Positions 8,170 through 16,931 of a stretch of 50,892 nucleotides of DNA are shown here, in pieces. The DNA comes from Thermoplasmatota archaeon (lineage in GTDB: Archaea; Thermoplasmatota; E2; JACPAO01; JAHFTW01), in NCBI GenBank assembly GCA_041618195.1, contig JBFJNL010000001.1:1-50892 (forward strand), given 5' to 3'. A model generated the notes under the pieces. The model saw only the letters and a list, made by a program, of their open reading frames with translations, was not told where the DNA came from and searched no databases. Positions within the stretch are counted from its first letter, which is position 1, and the number at the start of each line of letters is the position of its first letter. Made by a program: the position numbers and the translations under genes.

Positions 8170-8928
8170 CTACTGCAGTGCGGCGACGACGCCGTCGAGG
8201 CGGGCGAGCGGCACGATGGCGACCACGCTGCCCGCATCACGGAGTCGATTGGCCATGTGGGCTTCTCGGGCCGCCTCGACCACGCGGAGGCTCGGGATCT
8301 TGGTCTGCATGGCATCGAAAGCGCGCACCAGTGCGGCGGCATCGGTCGCGTCGTCGAAGGCCGCTTTCATCAGCTTGGGTTGGAGCCGGCTGTTGCGCAG
8401 CACATCCCACATACGGTTGGAGCGCACGAACACCTCGGCATGCGCCTCGTCGTCCAGGTCGAGGGCTTCGACCGGGACCCCGTGGGCGCTGGCCCAGCGG
8501 AACGCCGCTTCCAGGTCGGGGCTCGGGAGTCGGACGTCGCCGAAGCGCTCCAGCAGATGGAGGAGTCGTGCTTGTAGGGGGTCCAGGGAGGCGAAGCCCT
8601 CGTCGTCGTCCTCGGTCTCCAAGTCGCCCATGTGGTGGATGCCCTCAAGGCCCGGGGCGCCAGCGCCGGTCTCGTATCTGGGCGCGGCGGCGGCCGGGAT
8701 GAGGCTGGCGGGGTCGTCGCTCTCGGCGAGGATCTGCAGGGCCGCCATGTCCTCTGGGGGGATGCCCAGGGCGATACGGGTCGGGCGGATGTCGTCGAGC
8801 AGTGCTTGGACCGCTTGGCCATCCGCCACGAAGCCGGGGATGCTGCCCACGAGGTGCACCTTGTGCCCGCCGAGGGTCAGTTCGTGATGTTCCACAGGTG
8901 GCGCAGGCGGCCGGGGGCCATGAACCAT
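8170..8928 (-). CDS. TraB/GumN-like family protein, apparently degenerate
   Basis: VHLVGSIPG...IRPTRIALGIPPED and C-terminal REAHMANRLRDAGSVVAIVPLARLDGV align by eye to the TraB pattern (GTAHV..PD.VAVEL; ERD.YMA..L..VVAVVGAGH), but the signature His residues are replaced. Confidence 0.55.
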   Translation of the reverse strand: MVHGPRPPAPPVEHHELTLGGHKVHLVGSIPGFVADGQAVQALLDDIRPTRIALGIPPEDMAALQILAESDDPASLIPAAAAPRYETGAGAPGLEGIHHMGDLETEDDDEGFASLDPLQARLLHLLERFGDVRLPSPDLEAAFRWASAHGVPVEALDLDDEAHAEVFVRSNRMWDVLRNSRLQPKLMKAAFDDATDAAALVRAFDAMQTKIPSLRVVEAAREAHMANRLRDAGSVVAIVPLARLDGVVAALQ

Positions 8929-8949
8929 CTGGCTGCCCGGGCCGCACGC

Positions 8950-8956
8950 TTAAAAT
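8950..8956 (-). promoter_or_regulatory. TATA-like box (ATTTTAA on minus strand) about 25 nt upstream of ATG 8928
   Basis: This is the only AT-rich element in the 63-nt divergent spacer. It lies about 39 nt from the plus-strand ATG 8992, so it could serve either gene. Confidence 0.35.
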
Positions 8957-8991
8957 CCCACAAAGCTACACGCAATCGCACAGGGCTCCAC

Positions 8992-9378
8992 ATGAAGATC
9001 GACATCGGCACGGAAGGCAAGATTCTCGGCACCAAGCGCGTGAGCCCCAACGGGCAGGTCAGCGGCCTGAGCGAATATGCGGGCGAAGAGGTCCTCATCA
9101 TCTACCCAGGGCCCCGCGAGCCGCGCATCAAGATGGAGGCCAAGGACTACCTGCACGAGGTCGAGAAGGCCGTGCACAACCAGATGAAGACCGCCTTCGG
9201 TCAGTACAAGGGTCTCAAGGAGCGCTACAAGGACGAGACCGAAGCGACACGAGCCTTCATCAAAGAGAAGTCGCCCAAGACGTTCCAGGGCCTGATCGAG
9301 AACGTCGACTCGTGGGTCGGCGGCCAGGTCAAGCGGGCCGAGACGAAGGTCGCTCGCAAACTGGGCGACGAAGAATAG
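8992..9378 (+). CDS. Hypothetical protein; weak DUF2080/AbrB-like N-terminal hairpin and a Lys/Glu-rich helical C-terminus
   Basis: ATG 8992 inside track ORF 8632..9378. MKIDIGTEGKILGTKRVSPNGQVSGLSEYAGEEVLIIYPG. Coding-like GC3. Confidence 0.6.
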   Translation: MKIDIGTEGKILGTKRVSPNGQVSGLSEYAGEEVLIIYPGPREPRIKMEAKDYLHEVEKAVHNQMKTAFGQYKGLKERYKDETEATRAFIKEKSPKTFQGLIENVDSWVGGQVKRAETKVARKLGDEE

Positions 9379-9400
9379 CCGACTCGTCGGATCGAGGTGC

Positions 9401-10261
9401 TTACGCCTTCATCCATTCGATGCACTCAGCGAGCGACGCCTGCATCTGGGCCGCCGACAAGGTGGCCGGGGCGCCGTGGCCTGGCAGCACCCGCGTGAAT
9501 CGCACCTCGCGCAAACGGGCCATGGATTCGATCTGCGTGTCCCAACTGAACCAGCATGCGTCACGGAACGCCGTCAGGCGTTCGGCGCCTGTTGACCACG
9601 ACAGGTGGTCGCCTGTGAACAGTGTCTCGCCGACCAGATAGCAGATGCTGCCGCGGGTGTGTCCGGGCACCGGGATGGCTGTGATGCCTGGAAGGATCTC
9701 CTTCGGCGCGTCCAGTTCGAAGACGATCTCCGCGTCCGGGACGGCGCTGGCGTCGGCCTTATGGATCATACGTTGGCAGCCGAAGTGCCGGGCGAAGCGA
9801 GCGTGGTCTGCCACGTCGTCGCGGTGGGTGAACAGGATGGCCTGCACGCCGCCCATTTCGTCAAGGCGCTTGACCAGCGGCTCGTTGAAGCGCGGGCAAT
9901 CGATCATGATGTTGCCGGCGGCCGTCGCCACCAAGTAGCTGGCGGCGCCGTAACTGCTGCGTGCGTGCGAACCCAGGTGCCAGATGCGGTCGACCACTGG
10001 GTCGGGGAAGCTGTCGCGGGCCCGTTTGATCTCCGCCACGGTACCGCCGCCGATGCTGGCGGTCGGGCATGCTACCGATGCTTGCAGGGCGCGGCGGCGC
10101 ACGCCGTCGTGGTCGGGCTGACTGTGGACCGCGCTCATGCCGCCGGCGTCGGCGAATACGGCTGGTGCCATCCACATGCATGTACCGCAGTCGATGCATG
10201 AATCGTCGACGAAGAACTCGCCCACGACATTCTCTGCTCGCCGGCGTGCGGCGTTGGCCAT
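9401..10261 (-). CDS. Ferredoxin-domain / MBL-fold metallo-hydrolase fusion protein
   Basis: The N-terminal CIDCGTCMWMAP....ACP is a single Fe-S cluster motif. It is followed by the beta-lactamase-fold THRDDVADH (HxHxDH-like) motif and GHTRGS. Confidence 0.8.
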   Translation of the reverse strand: MANAARRRAENVVGEFFVDDSCIDCGTCMWMAPAVFADAGGMSAVHSQPDHDGVRRRALQASVACPTASIGGGTVAEIKRARDSFPDPVVDRIWHLGSHARSSYGAASYLVATAAGNIMIDCPRFNEPLVKRLDEMGGVQAILFTHRDDVADHARFARHFGCQRMIHKADASAVPDAEIVFELDAPKEILPGITAIPVPGHTRGSICYLVGETLFTGDHLSWSTGAERLTAFRDACWFSWDTQIESMARLREVRFTRVLPGHGAPATLSAAQMQASLAECIEWMKA

Positions 10262-10311
10262 GCCCTGCCACTCGACTGGGTGGCCTTGGCCGTTGCCCTA
10301 CGGACCCTCGC

Positions 10312-11394
10312 TTATGCTTCGGGATTGGGGTGTAGGTGCCGGGCGGCTTCTTCCTCGGCGCTCTGACCACTCTGCGCTGCGAGGCGATCGAGTTCCTTGG
10401 CCAGTTTGGCCGAGTCGGGCACCTCGCCGATGAGGTCCTTGACCTTGCCCAGCAGCTTCTCCAGCCCGGCGAGGTCGTTGGCCACGTAAGGGGTCACGTC
10501 GGCACTGGCGCCGAGGGCCTGGGCCCCGCCGCGTAGCAGGCTGGTGATCTCGAAGGGGACCACGATCTTCGTGGCCTTCCCGTCGGCGAGTTTGCCCAGC
10601 GCCTCGAAGCCGAGCACGGCGAGGGCCTTCTGGTCGAGGGGTGCCGCACCCATGCTCAGGACGTGCAGCGCTTGGGCCTGGCCCTGAGCGCGTAGGATCT
10701 GCGCCTTGCGTTCACCGTCGGCTTCCAGGATGCGGCTCTGGCGGTTGCCTTCCGACTTCAGGATGGCGCCGCGCTTCTGGCCTTCCGCTTCCAGGATCGC
10801 GGCCTGACGTTGGCCGTCGGCGCGTAAGATGGCGGCACGGCGTTCACGCTCGGCGGACGTCTGCTCTTCCATCGCGGACTTGACACGGGGCACCGGGTCC
10901 ACTTCGCGGATCTCCACGCCTTCCACGCGGACACCCCAGGCATCGGTGGATTTGTCGAGGATGTCCTGCAGGCGGCCGTTGATCTTTTCGCGCTGGTTCA
11001 GCACGTCGTCCAGGTTCATGTCGCCGATGACGCTACGCAGGGTCGTCTGCGCCAGGGCGACAGTGGCGATCTTGAAGTTGCTGACCTCGAAGTAGGAGCG
11101 CTCCGGGTCGACGACGCGGATGTAGATGATGGCGTCGACGTTGGTGGGCGAGTTGTCCTTGGTGATGACCTCTTGGCGAGGGACATCCATGACCTGCGTA
11201 CGCATGTCGAGGCGGACGACGCGGCTGCCGAAGGGGATGACGAAATTCAGGCCGGTGTTCAGTTTTCCTCGATATTTTCCAAGGAAGATGTAGAGGCCTT
11301 GCTCGTACGGTTGGACGATGCGCACTCCGCTCACCAAGAACAGGACGATGAGGGCGATCGCGATACCGGCGAGGACGAATGTGAGGGCTGCCAT
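10312..11394 (-). CDS. SPFH/band 7 (stomatin-like) protein
   Basis: Has an N-terminal TM helix. VRIVQPYEQGLYIFLGKY...VMDVPRQEVITKDN matches the family, and Ala/Gln/Glu-rich 11-residue repeats are present. ATG 11394 was chosen. Confidence 0.9.
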   Translation of the reverse strand: MAALTFVLAGIAIALIVLFLVSGVRIVQPYEQGLYIFLGKYRGKLNTGLNFVIPFGSRVVRLDMRTQVMDVPRQEVITKDNSPTNVDAIIYIRVVDPERSYFEVSNFKIATVALAQTTLRSVIGDMNLDDVLNQREKINGRLQDILDKSTDAWGVRVEGVEIREVDPVPRVKSAMEEQTSAERERRAAILRADGQRQAAILEAEGQKRGAILKSEGNRQSRILEADGERKAQILRAQGQAQALHVLSMGAAPLDQKALAVLGFEALGKLADGKATKIVVPFEITSLLRGGAQALGASADVTPYVANDLAGLEKLLGKVKDLIGEVPDSAKLAKELDRLAAQSGQSAEEEAARHLHPNPEA

Positions 11395-11395
11395 G

Positions 11396-11851
11396 TTACT
11401 TGCTCCGTACGTTGAGGGTGAGGCCGTCGACGCTCTCGACGACGATGGGGGTGCCGACCGGCAGGGCCGCATCGGCCATGTCGGCGGTAGCGTGCCAGCG
11501 CTGTCCCGAGACGCGCACTTCACCAGTGCCGCCTACGGGGATGGCTTGCTCGACCTTGCCTTCAAGGCCAGGGAGGCTGTCTTTGCTGAGCGTGACCGGC
11601 TTGTCCCCGGGCGGTGCCCACTTCTTGTAACCCCAGATGGTTCCGGCCGAGGCGATGATGGCGATGCCGACCGTGAGCAAGGCGCCCCAGGGTTGCAAGA
11701 CCGCCTCGCCCATGATGAGGACGAGGGCTCCCATGATGATCATCACGGTGCCGACGACGGCGATGAAGATGCCCGGATTGAGGATCTCCAAGAAAATGAG
11801 GAGCATGCCCCCCAGGATGAGGCCGAGGCCGATCCATGTTGTCGGTTCCAT
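11396..11851 (-). CDS. NfeD family membrane protein
   Basis: Has N-terminal TM helices plus the C-terminal OB-like GKVEQAIPVGGTGEVRVSGQRWHA. Its stop lies 1 nt from the SPFH start, the classic nfeD-SPFH operon arrangement. Confidence 0.85.
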   Translation of the reverse strand: MEPTTWIGLGLILGGMLLIFLEILNPGIFIAVVGTVMIIMGALVLIMGEAVLQPWGALLTVGIAIIASAGTIWGYKKWAPPGDKPVTLSKDSLPGLEGKVEQAIPVGGTGEVRVSGQRWHATADMADAALPVGTPIVVESVDGLTLNVRSK

Positions 11852-11948
11852 TGAAGCCACGCTACAGTGAATCCAACGGAGAGACCGTTCATAAGTGCAT
11901 GCTGCAGGGCTTGCGGTCGAGGTCGCGCAGCGGCCGGCGTGACGTTGT

Positions 11949-13727
11949 TCAGGCGAGGTGTGCCGGGAGCTCGGCGATGGGGACGCGCTGTTGCTCCGTG
12001 GTGTCGCGGTCGCGGACCGTGACGGCGTGGTCCGCCAAGGACTCGGGGTCCACGGTGATGCAGAACGCGGTACCGACCTCGTCCTGGCGCGCGTAGCGAC
12101 GGCCGATGTTCCCGGATTCGTCATAGTCGGTCATCAGGCCGGCAGCGCGCAGGTCCCGCTCAATCTGCTGGGCCAGCTCGGGCAAGCCGTCCTTGGTGGT
12201 GAGCGGTAGCACTGCGGCGAGGACCGGAGCGACGGCAGGCGACAGGTGCATGACCACGTACGGCTCGCCGTTCTTCTCGCCCTTCTCGTAAGCGTGTTCC
12301 CACAAGGCGTACAGGATGCGGTCGACGCCGAAGCTGGGCTCGATGACGCGGGGGATGACCTTGCGGCCGGAGATGCGCCATTCGCCGTCGATGCTCTGGT
12401 AGCCTTCGGCAGGGATCTCGATCATCTGGCCGCCCACGTCGAGCTCGAGGGGGCCATCGCCGGGGGCCGTCTCCTTCGGGCCCTGGATGACCAGTTCATC
12501 GCCGAGCCACGCGGCATCGAACTTCTCGTGTTCGCGCAGGGTCGCGATCTGGTCGTCGAAGACGGCTTCGAGGGCCGCCGCGATCTTCTTGGCTTCGGCC
12601 TTGAAGGTGCGGCCAAGGATGCCCATGACCGGGATCAGCTTGCGCGCGTTGAACGTGTAGGGGGTGTCGAAGTCGACGGTGACCTGGAAGTCGCCGGCCT
12701 TGGCGGTGGCCAGGGCGTGCTGCGTCAGGTCGTAGCTACCGCGGTCGGCGATGCCGACGCACTCGACCCAACCGTAGCGCTCGCTGTGGAACTCGGCGTC
12801 CCAGCAGTCGTTGGCGTAGTGGGCCATCTCGTCCGACTCGTGTTGGCGCAGGCGCATCTTGGACGCGTCCATGCCGGCCTTGATGAGGAAGTCGTAGGTG
12901 ACCGCGAGGAAGTAGCCAAGGGGCTCGTTGCCGACGATGCCCTGGGCGACCGCTTCGCGGAACGTCATGCGGTGTTCGTTGTGCTCACCATCGACGAACG
13001 TCGCTTCGACGCCGCAGCGGCCGTCGGTACCGAAAGGCGCGAACGGCAGGCTGGTGTCGAGGAAGAACACCTCGGCCTCCATCATATGGAATTCGCGCAG
13101 CCGCAGCATCCCTTGGCGGGGGCTGATCTCGTTGCGGTTGCTGCCACCCAGTTGGACGGCACCGAACGGCAACTTGCCGCGGAAGTGGCGCAGCAGGTGC
13201 GGGAAGTCGGTGAAGATGCCCTGCGCCGTCTCGGGGCGCATATACGCGATCCGGCCGCTGCCGGGCCCGACCTCGGTGTTGAACATGAGGTTCATCGGCG
13301 CCGCTTCCGTGAAGTCGGCGTCCCCGCACACGGGGCACTTGGCACCCAGGGCGGCGATCTCGGTGTCGATCTGCTCGGCGGTCAGGGCGTCCGCGGTCGT
13401 GGTGCCCTCGTAGCCGGCGCCTTCGATCAAGTGGTCTGCGCGGCTCGGGTGGCCGTTGGCGCATTTGACGACCAGGTCCGTGAATTCGTCCACGTGGCCG
13501 GATGCCTTGAGGACCTCGTGCATGGTGACGCGAGGGCACTTGACCTCGGCCATCGGAACGGCGCTGCCCATGAAGGTCTGGCGCCACAGGTCTTCGAAGC
13601 GGCGCTTCATGGCGGCGCCCATCGGTCCGTAGTCGTAGAAGCCGGCCATGCCGCCGTAGAGCTCGAAGCTGGGGTAGAGGAACCCGCGGCGCTTGGCCAG
13701 GTCCATCACGGCGTCGGTCTTGTCCAT
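11949..13727 (-). CDS. glyS: Glycine--tRNA ligase (archaeal/eukaryotic alpha2 type)
   Basis: MDKTDAVMDLAKRRGFLYPSFELYGGMAGFYDYGPMG plus class II motifs. ATG 13727 was chosen from the conserved N-terminus and the upstream TATA-like box. Confidence 0.9.
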   Translation of the reverse strand: MDKTDAVMDLAKRRGFLYPSFELYGGMAGFYDYGPMGAAMKRRFEDLWRQTFMGSAVPMAEVKCPRVTMHEVLKASGHVDEFTDLVVKCANGHPSRADHLIEGAGYEGTTTADALTAEQIDTEIAALGAKCPVCGDADFTEAAPMNLMFNTEVGPGSGRIAYMRPETAQGIFTDFPHLLRHFRGKLPFGAVQLGGSNRNEISPRQGMLRLREFHMMEAEVFFLDTSLPFAPFGTDGRCGVEATFVDGEHNEHRMTFREAVAQGIVGNEPLGYFLAVTYDFLIKAGMDASKMRLRQHESDEMAHYANDCWDAEFHSERYGWVECVGIADRGSYDLTQHALATAKAGDFQVTVDFDTPYTFNARKLIPVMGILGRTFKAEAKKIAAALEAVFDDQIATLREHEKFDAAWLGDELVIQGPKETAPGDGPLELDVGGQMIEIPAEGYQSIDGEWRISGRKVIPRVIEPSFGVDRILYALWEHAYEKGEKNGEPYVVMHLSPAVAPVLAAVLPLTTKDGLPELAQQIERDLRAAGLMTDYDESGNIGRRYARQDEVGTAFCITVDPESLADHAVTVRDRDTTEQQRVPIAELPAHLA

Positions 13728-13750
13728 GGCGTCGGCGACTCGGCGGCGCT

Positions 13751-13757
13751 TGATAAT
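13751..13757 (-). promoter_or_regulatory. TATA-like box (ATTATCA on minus strand) about 27 nt upstream of glyS ATG
   Basis: It lies immediately after the upstream gene's stop codon. It resembles the element upstream of serA (TATCAAAGCGC versus TATCAAGCGC). Confidence 0.35.
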
Positions 13758-13761
13758 GGCT

Positions 13762-14394
13762 TCAGGCGGCTTCGGCACCGGCCGCATCGTCGTCGCCGCG
13801 GTACGGCGGGTCCTCGCTGAAGCGCACGCCCAGTTCGATCTCCACGGGGGCGAACACGGCCTCCAGTTCGGCCAGCAGATTCTCGACGGCGTCGGCGTAG
13901 GCGTCCCGGTCGCGGTTGACGGCCGGTGCGTCCTCGTCGTCGGGCAGGAACTCCGGGGCATAGACGCTGGCGAGCGTCGGGATGCCGGGTGCCCATTGCA
14001 CCAGTTCGCCGCGGTGGCCGCCTCGGCTGTAGCCTTCGTCGTCCAGTTTTGTCAGGTACTCGTAAAGTGGGTGGGACAGGATGATGTCCTCAAGATCCGG
14101 GCACGCCACGTGGCGGTTCATCCAGCCGGCCACGACGTCGTCAGGGGCCAGCCATCCGTCTCCGTCCGGGTCGTCGATGATCAACAGCCGTTCTTCCTCG
14201 GTGCTGGCCAGGTGTTCCTTGCGGAAGCCCTGGTCGGGGATGAGGCGTAGGATGCTGCCCCCCTCGGCGATGATGAATGGCAGCATGGTCTCGTCGTAGA
14301 AGTCGTCGTCGGCGAGCAACTGGATGGCGCCCGCGCCGTAGCACTCGGGGTGTCGCAGCAAGCCGGCCACTGCGTGCCAGGCGGCCCGGCTCAT
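13762..14394 (-). CDS. Hypothetical acidic protein
   Basis: 210-aa ORF with coding GC3. Its ATG overlaps the amidohydrolase stop (ATGA at 14391..14394). No family recognised. Confidence 0.7.
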   Translation of the reverse strand: MSRAAWHAVAGLLRHPECYGAGAIQLLADDDFYDETMLPFIIAEGGSILRLIPDQGFRKEHLASTEEERLLIIDDPDGDGWLAPDDVVAGWMNRHVACPDLEDIILSHPLYEYLTKLDDEGYSRGGHRGELVQWAPGIPTLASVYAPEFLPDDEDAPAVNRDRDAYADAVENLLAELEAVFAPVEIELGVRFSEDPPYRGDDDAAGAEAA

Positions 14395-15419
14395 CGCCAG
14401 GCCTCGGGGTCCATGTTGGGTTCGAAGCCCGGCTTCTGGCGCAGTGGTTGTGGGATGCCGGGCAGGACCACCCAGTCAGCGACCGCGCCGCTTTCCAGAA
14501 GGGGGTCGGCCAGGCCGGCGATGTCTCGACCGTGGTAGCTCATGATGCGCATCAGGTCGACGTCGCCGATGCCGGGCGTCGTCTGGCGGACCTGTGCCGC
14601 TTCGCGCGACAGGTCGCCGTCCTGCAGCATGCCGTTGTCGGTGCCGAGGGCCACCGTGCAGCCCGCCTCCAGCATCTGGGCCACGGGAGCGGTCATGCCG
14701 AACCAGGCGTTGCTGCGTGGACAAGCGACGATGGGGATGCGGGCCTCGGCCAGTTCTTCGAAATCCGCGGCGCGGCCTTGTGTCATGTGCACGACGTACG
14801 AGGGTGCGAGGCTGACGATCTCATCGATGTCGTCGCGCTTGTCCTCGCTCGCGTGGAATGCGAACGGCTTGCCGGCGTCACGGCACGCTTCGGCCCAGCC
14901 TTCCAGCACCTTGCGTGGCATGTCGCGCAGGCCGCTCAGGCCGAGGCCGTCCATGCCGGCCAGCAATGGGCCGGCGTCGGCTTCGATGTAGGCAGGTTTC
15001 GCGGGCCGGCCGTGGATGATGGCTTCGGCGTCGAGCTCGAGGCCGCGCAACCACTGGGCGCCGGGCAGGCCGCCTTCCCGGAAGTCGACGAAGGCGCTGG
15101 TGCCCGTGGCGGCCATCTGCGCTGCGTGGGCGACGACTGCGGCGCGCTGCTTGACAGGGTCTGCGGTGGCCAAGAACTGGTGCTTCCAGCCATGGGGGCC
15201 GACGAGCTCTTTGACGGAGCGTGGTTTGCCCGGCTCGTCGCGCAGGAACGAGTCCGCGACGTGGGTGTGGGCGTTCACCAGGCCGGGGACGATCCAACCG
15301 TGCGCCACGGCGTCGTCGTGGTCCCCTTTGCCCCAGCGCCGGACCTTGCCGGCTTCGACATCGATCCAACCTTCGATGACATCGCGGCGGCGGACAATCT
15401 GGCCGGCAAAGATGGGCAC
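14391..15419 (-). CDS. Amidohydrolase family protein (chlorohydrolase/deaminase-like)
   Basis: Metal-binding GLVNAHTHV, HASE and ALGTDNG motifs. Start is set at GTG 15419; the alternative GTG 15488 would overlap the divergent glpK start. Confidence 0.8.
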   Translation of the reverse strand: MPIFAGQIVRRRDVIEGWIDVEAGKVRRWGKGDHDDAVAHGWIVPGLVNAHTHVADSFLRDEPGKPRSVKELVGPHGWKHQFLATADPVKQRAAVVAHAAQMAATGTSAFVDFREGGLPGAQWLRGLELDAEAIIHGRPAKPAYIEADAGPLLAGMDGLGLSGLRDMPRKVLEGWAEACRDAGKPFAFHASEDKRDDIDEIVSLAPSYVVHMTQGRAADFEELAEARIPIVACPRSNAWFGMTAPVAQMLEAGCTVALGTDNGMLQDGDLSREAAQVRQTTPGIGDVDLMRIMSYHGRDIAGLADPLLESGAVADWVVLPGIPQPLRQKPGFEPNMDPEAWR

Positions 15420-15476
15420 GACCCTGGGACAGGGCGCTGCGTCAAAGCCTTGAGCCTTGGGTGCGGTGCCCGGTCG

Positions 15477-16931
15477 TTGTCTTCCCACGTCCTCGCCATC
15501 GACGCCGGCACGACCGGCGTCACCGCCATCCTGTTCGACGCCAGACGCCAGATCATGGGGCGAGCCTACTCAGAGTTCGCGCAGCACTACCCGCACCCAG
15601 GCTGGGTCGAACACGATGCTGTGGAGATCCTGGCCACGGCCGAGCGCGTCGCGGTCCAGGCGTTGACCTCTGCCGGTGTGCAGCCGTCCGACGTGGCCAT
15701 CGGCATCACGAACCAGCGCGAGACGACGGTGGTCTGGGACGCCGCCGGCCAGCCTGTCCACCGCGCCATCGTATGGCAGGACCGGCGAACGGCCGACCGC
15801 TGCCGAACCTTGGCGGATGAGGCGCCCGCCATCCGCGCCAAGACGGGGCTGGTGACCGACCCGTACTTCTGCGCCACCAAACTGGAGTGGATCCTGCAGA
15901 ACGTCGAGGGCGCAGGCGCCGAAGGGCAGCGCTTTGGGACCATCGATTCCTGGCTTGCCTGGCGCTGGACCGGCCGCCACGTGACCGACCCCACCAATGC
16001 CAGTCGCACCATGCTGTGGGACATCCACCAGAGTAGCTGGGACGCCGACCTACTGGCCCTGTTCGGGGTGCCCCGTCACATGCTGCCTGAGGTCGTGCCG
16101 AGCAGCCATCCCATCGGCCCGGTGCGCAACGGGCCGCTGGCCGGCGCCACGCTGCACGCTCTGGTCGGCGACCAGCAAGCGGCATTGTACGGCCAAGGCT
16201 GCACGGGACCCGGCCAGGCCAAGAACACCTACGGCACCGGATGCTTCCTGCTACAGCACACCGGTCCAGACGCGGTCGCATCCCAGCATGGATTGCTCAC
16301 CACCCGCGCCGCCAGCCTTGACGAGACACCCCAATACGCACTGGAAGGCAGCGTGTTCGTCGGCGGTGCCGCCGTCCAGTGGCTGCGCGACGGGCTCAAG
16401 ATCATCGATTCAAGTCCCGGCATCAACGACCGGGCCCGCGAGGGCGACGACAACGGCGGCATCGTGGTCGTGCCGGCGTTCTCCGGGCTCGGCGCGCCGT
16501 ACTGGGATCCGGACGCTCGGGGGGCCATCCTGGGTCTGAGTCGTGGCACCAGCCGGCGGCACATCGCCCGGGCGACGCTTGAGGCCATCGCGCACGAATG
16601 CCATGATGTCCTGGAAGCGATGGCTCGAGACTCCGGCCGCCCGTTGCCGGCACTACGCGTCGATGGCGGGGCGGCCGCCAGTGATGTCCTGATGCAGGCG
16701 CAGGCCGACCTGCTGCAGTGCCCGGTGGAACGGCCGGCCAACCTCGAGACCACCGCGCTGGGTGCGGCCCGCCTCGCTGCACGCAGTGCTGGCTTGTCGT
16801 GGGAACACGTGGGCGATGCGGTCACCCGGTTCGAACCCGACATGGCCGTGGAGGAAGTCGCCCGCCGTGTACAACGCTGGCGCTCCGCCGTCGCGGCGGT
16901 GCGGTCTTTTGCTCACTCGGCCGCGCACTGA
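15477..16931 (+). CDS. glpK: Glycerol kinase
   Basis: LAIDAGTTG, HPHPGWVEHD, GITNQRETTVVWD and GTGCF motifs. A TTG 15477 start is inferred (alternative TTG 15450). Confidence 0.9.
   Translation: MSSHVLAIDAGTTGVTAILFDARRQIMGRAYSEFAQHYPHPGWVEHDAVEILATAERVAVQALTSAGVQPSDVAIGITNQRETTVVWDAAGQPVHRAIVWQDRRTADRCRTLADEAPAIRAKTGLVTDPYFCATKLEWILQNVEGAGAEGQRFGTIDSWLAWRWTGRHVTDPTNASRTMLWDIHQSSWDADLLALFGVPRHMLPEVVPSSHPIGPVRNGPLAGATLHALVGDQQAALYGQGCTGPGQAKNTYGTGCFLLQHTGPDAVASQHGLLTTRAASLDETPQYALEGSVFVGGAAVQWLRDGLKIIDSSPGINDRAREGDDNGGIVVVPAFSGLGAPYWDPDARGAILGLSRGTSRRHIARATLEAIAHECHDVLEAMARDSGRPLPALRVDGGAAASDVLMQAQADLLQCPVERPANLETTALGAARLAARSAGLSWEHVGDAVTRFEPDMAVEEVARRVQRWRSAVAAVRSFAHSAAH

Noticed and set aside
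7094-8887. Very long ORFs antisense to well-supported genes. Examples are 7094..8887(+), 4285..5682(-), 12246..13820(+), 16718..18526(+), 20547..22151(-), 35116..36762(-), 36780..38570(-), 43473..45008(+) and 46690..48096(-).
   Set aside because: Their products are Arg/Gly/Asp/His-rich low-complexity strings with no motifs. They mirror confidently identified genes (rfcS, truD, glyS, aminotransferase, nuoL/M, gdhA, protease). Stop-poor antisense frames are expected at this GC content.
10640-10860. Periodic sequence inside the SPFH gene.
   Set aside because: It encodes the Ala/Gln/Glu-rich 11-residue repeats (AILRADGQRQAAILEAEGQKRGAILKSEG...) that are normal for stomatin/prohibitin-like coiled coils.
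15420-15488. Longer amidohydrolase start (GTG 15488).
   Set aside because: It would overlap the divergent glpK start (TTG 15477) and add an Arg/Pro/Gly-rich extension. GTG 15419 gives MPIFAGQIV..., a typical amidohydrolase N-terminus. Either remains possible.
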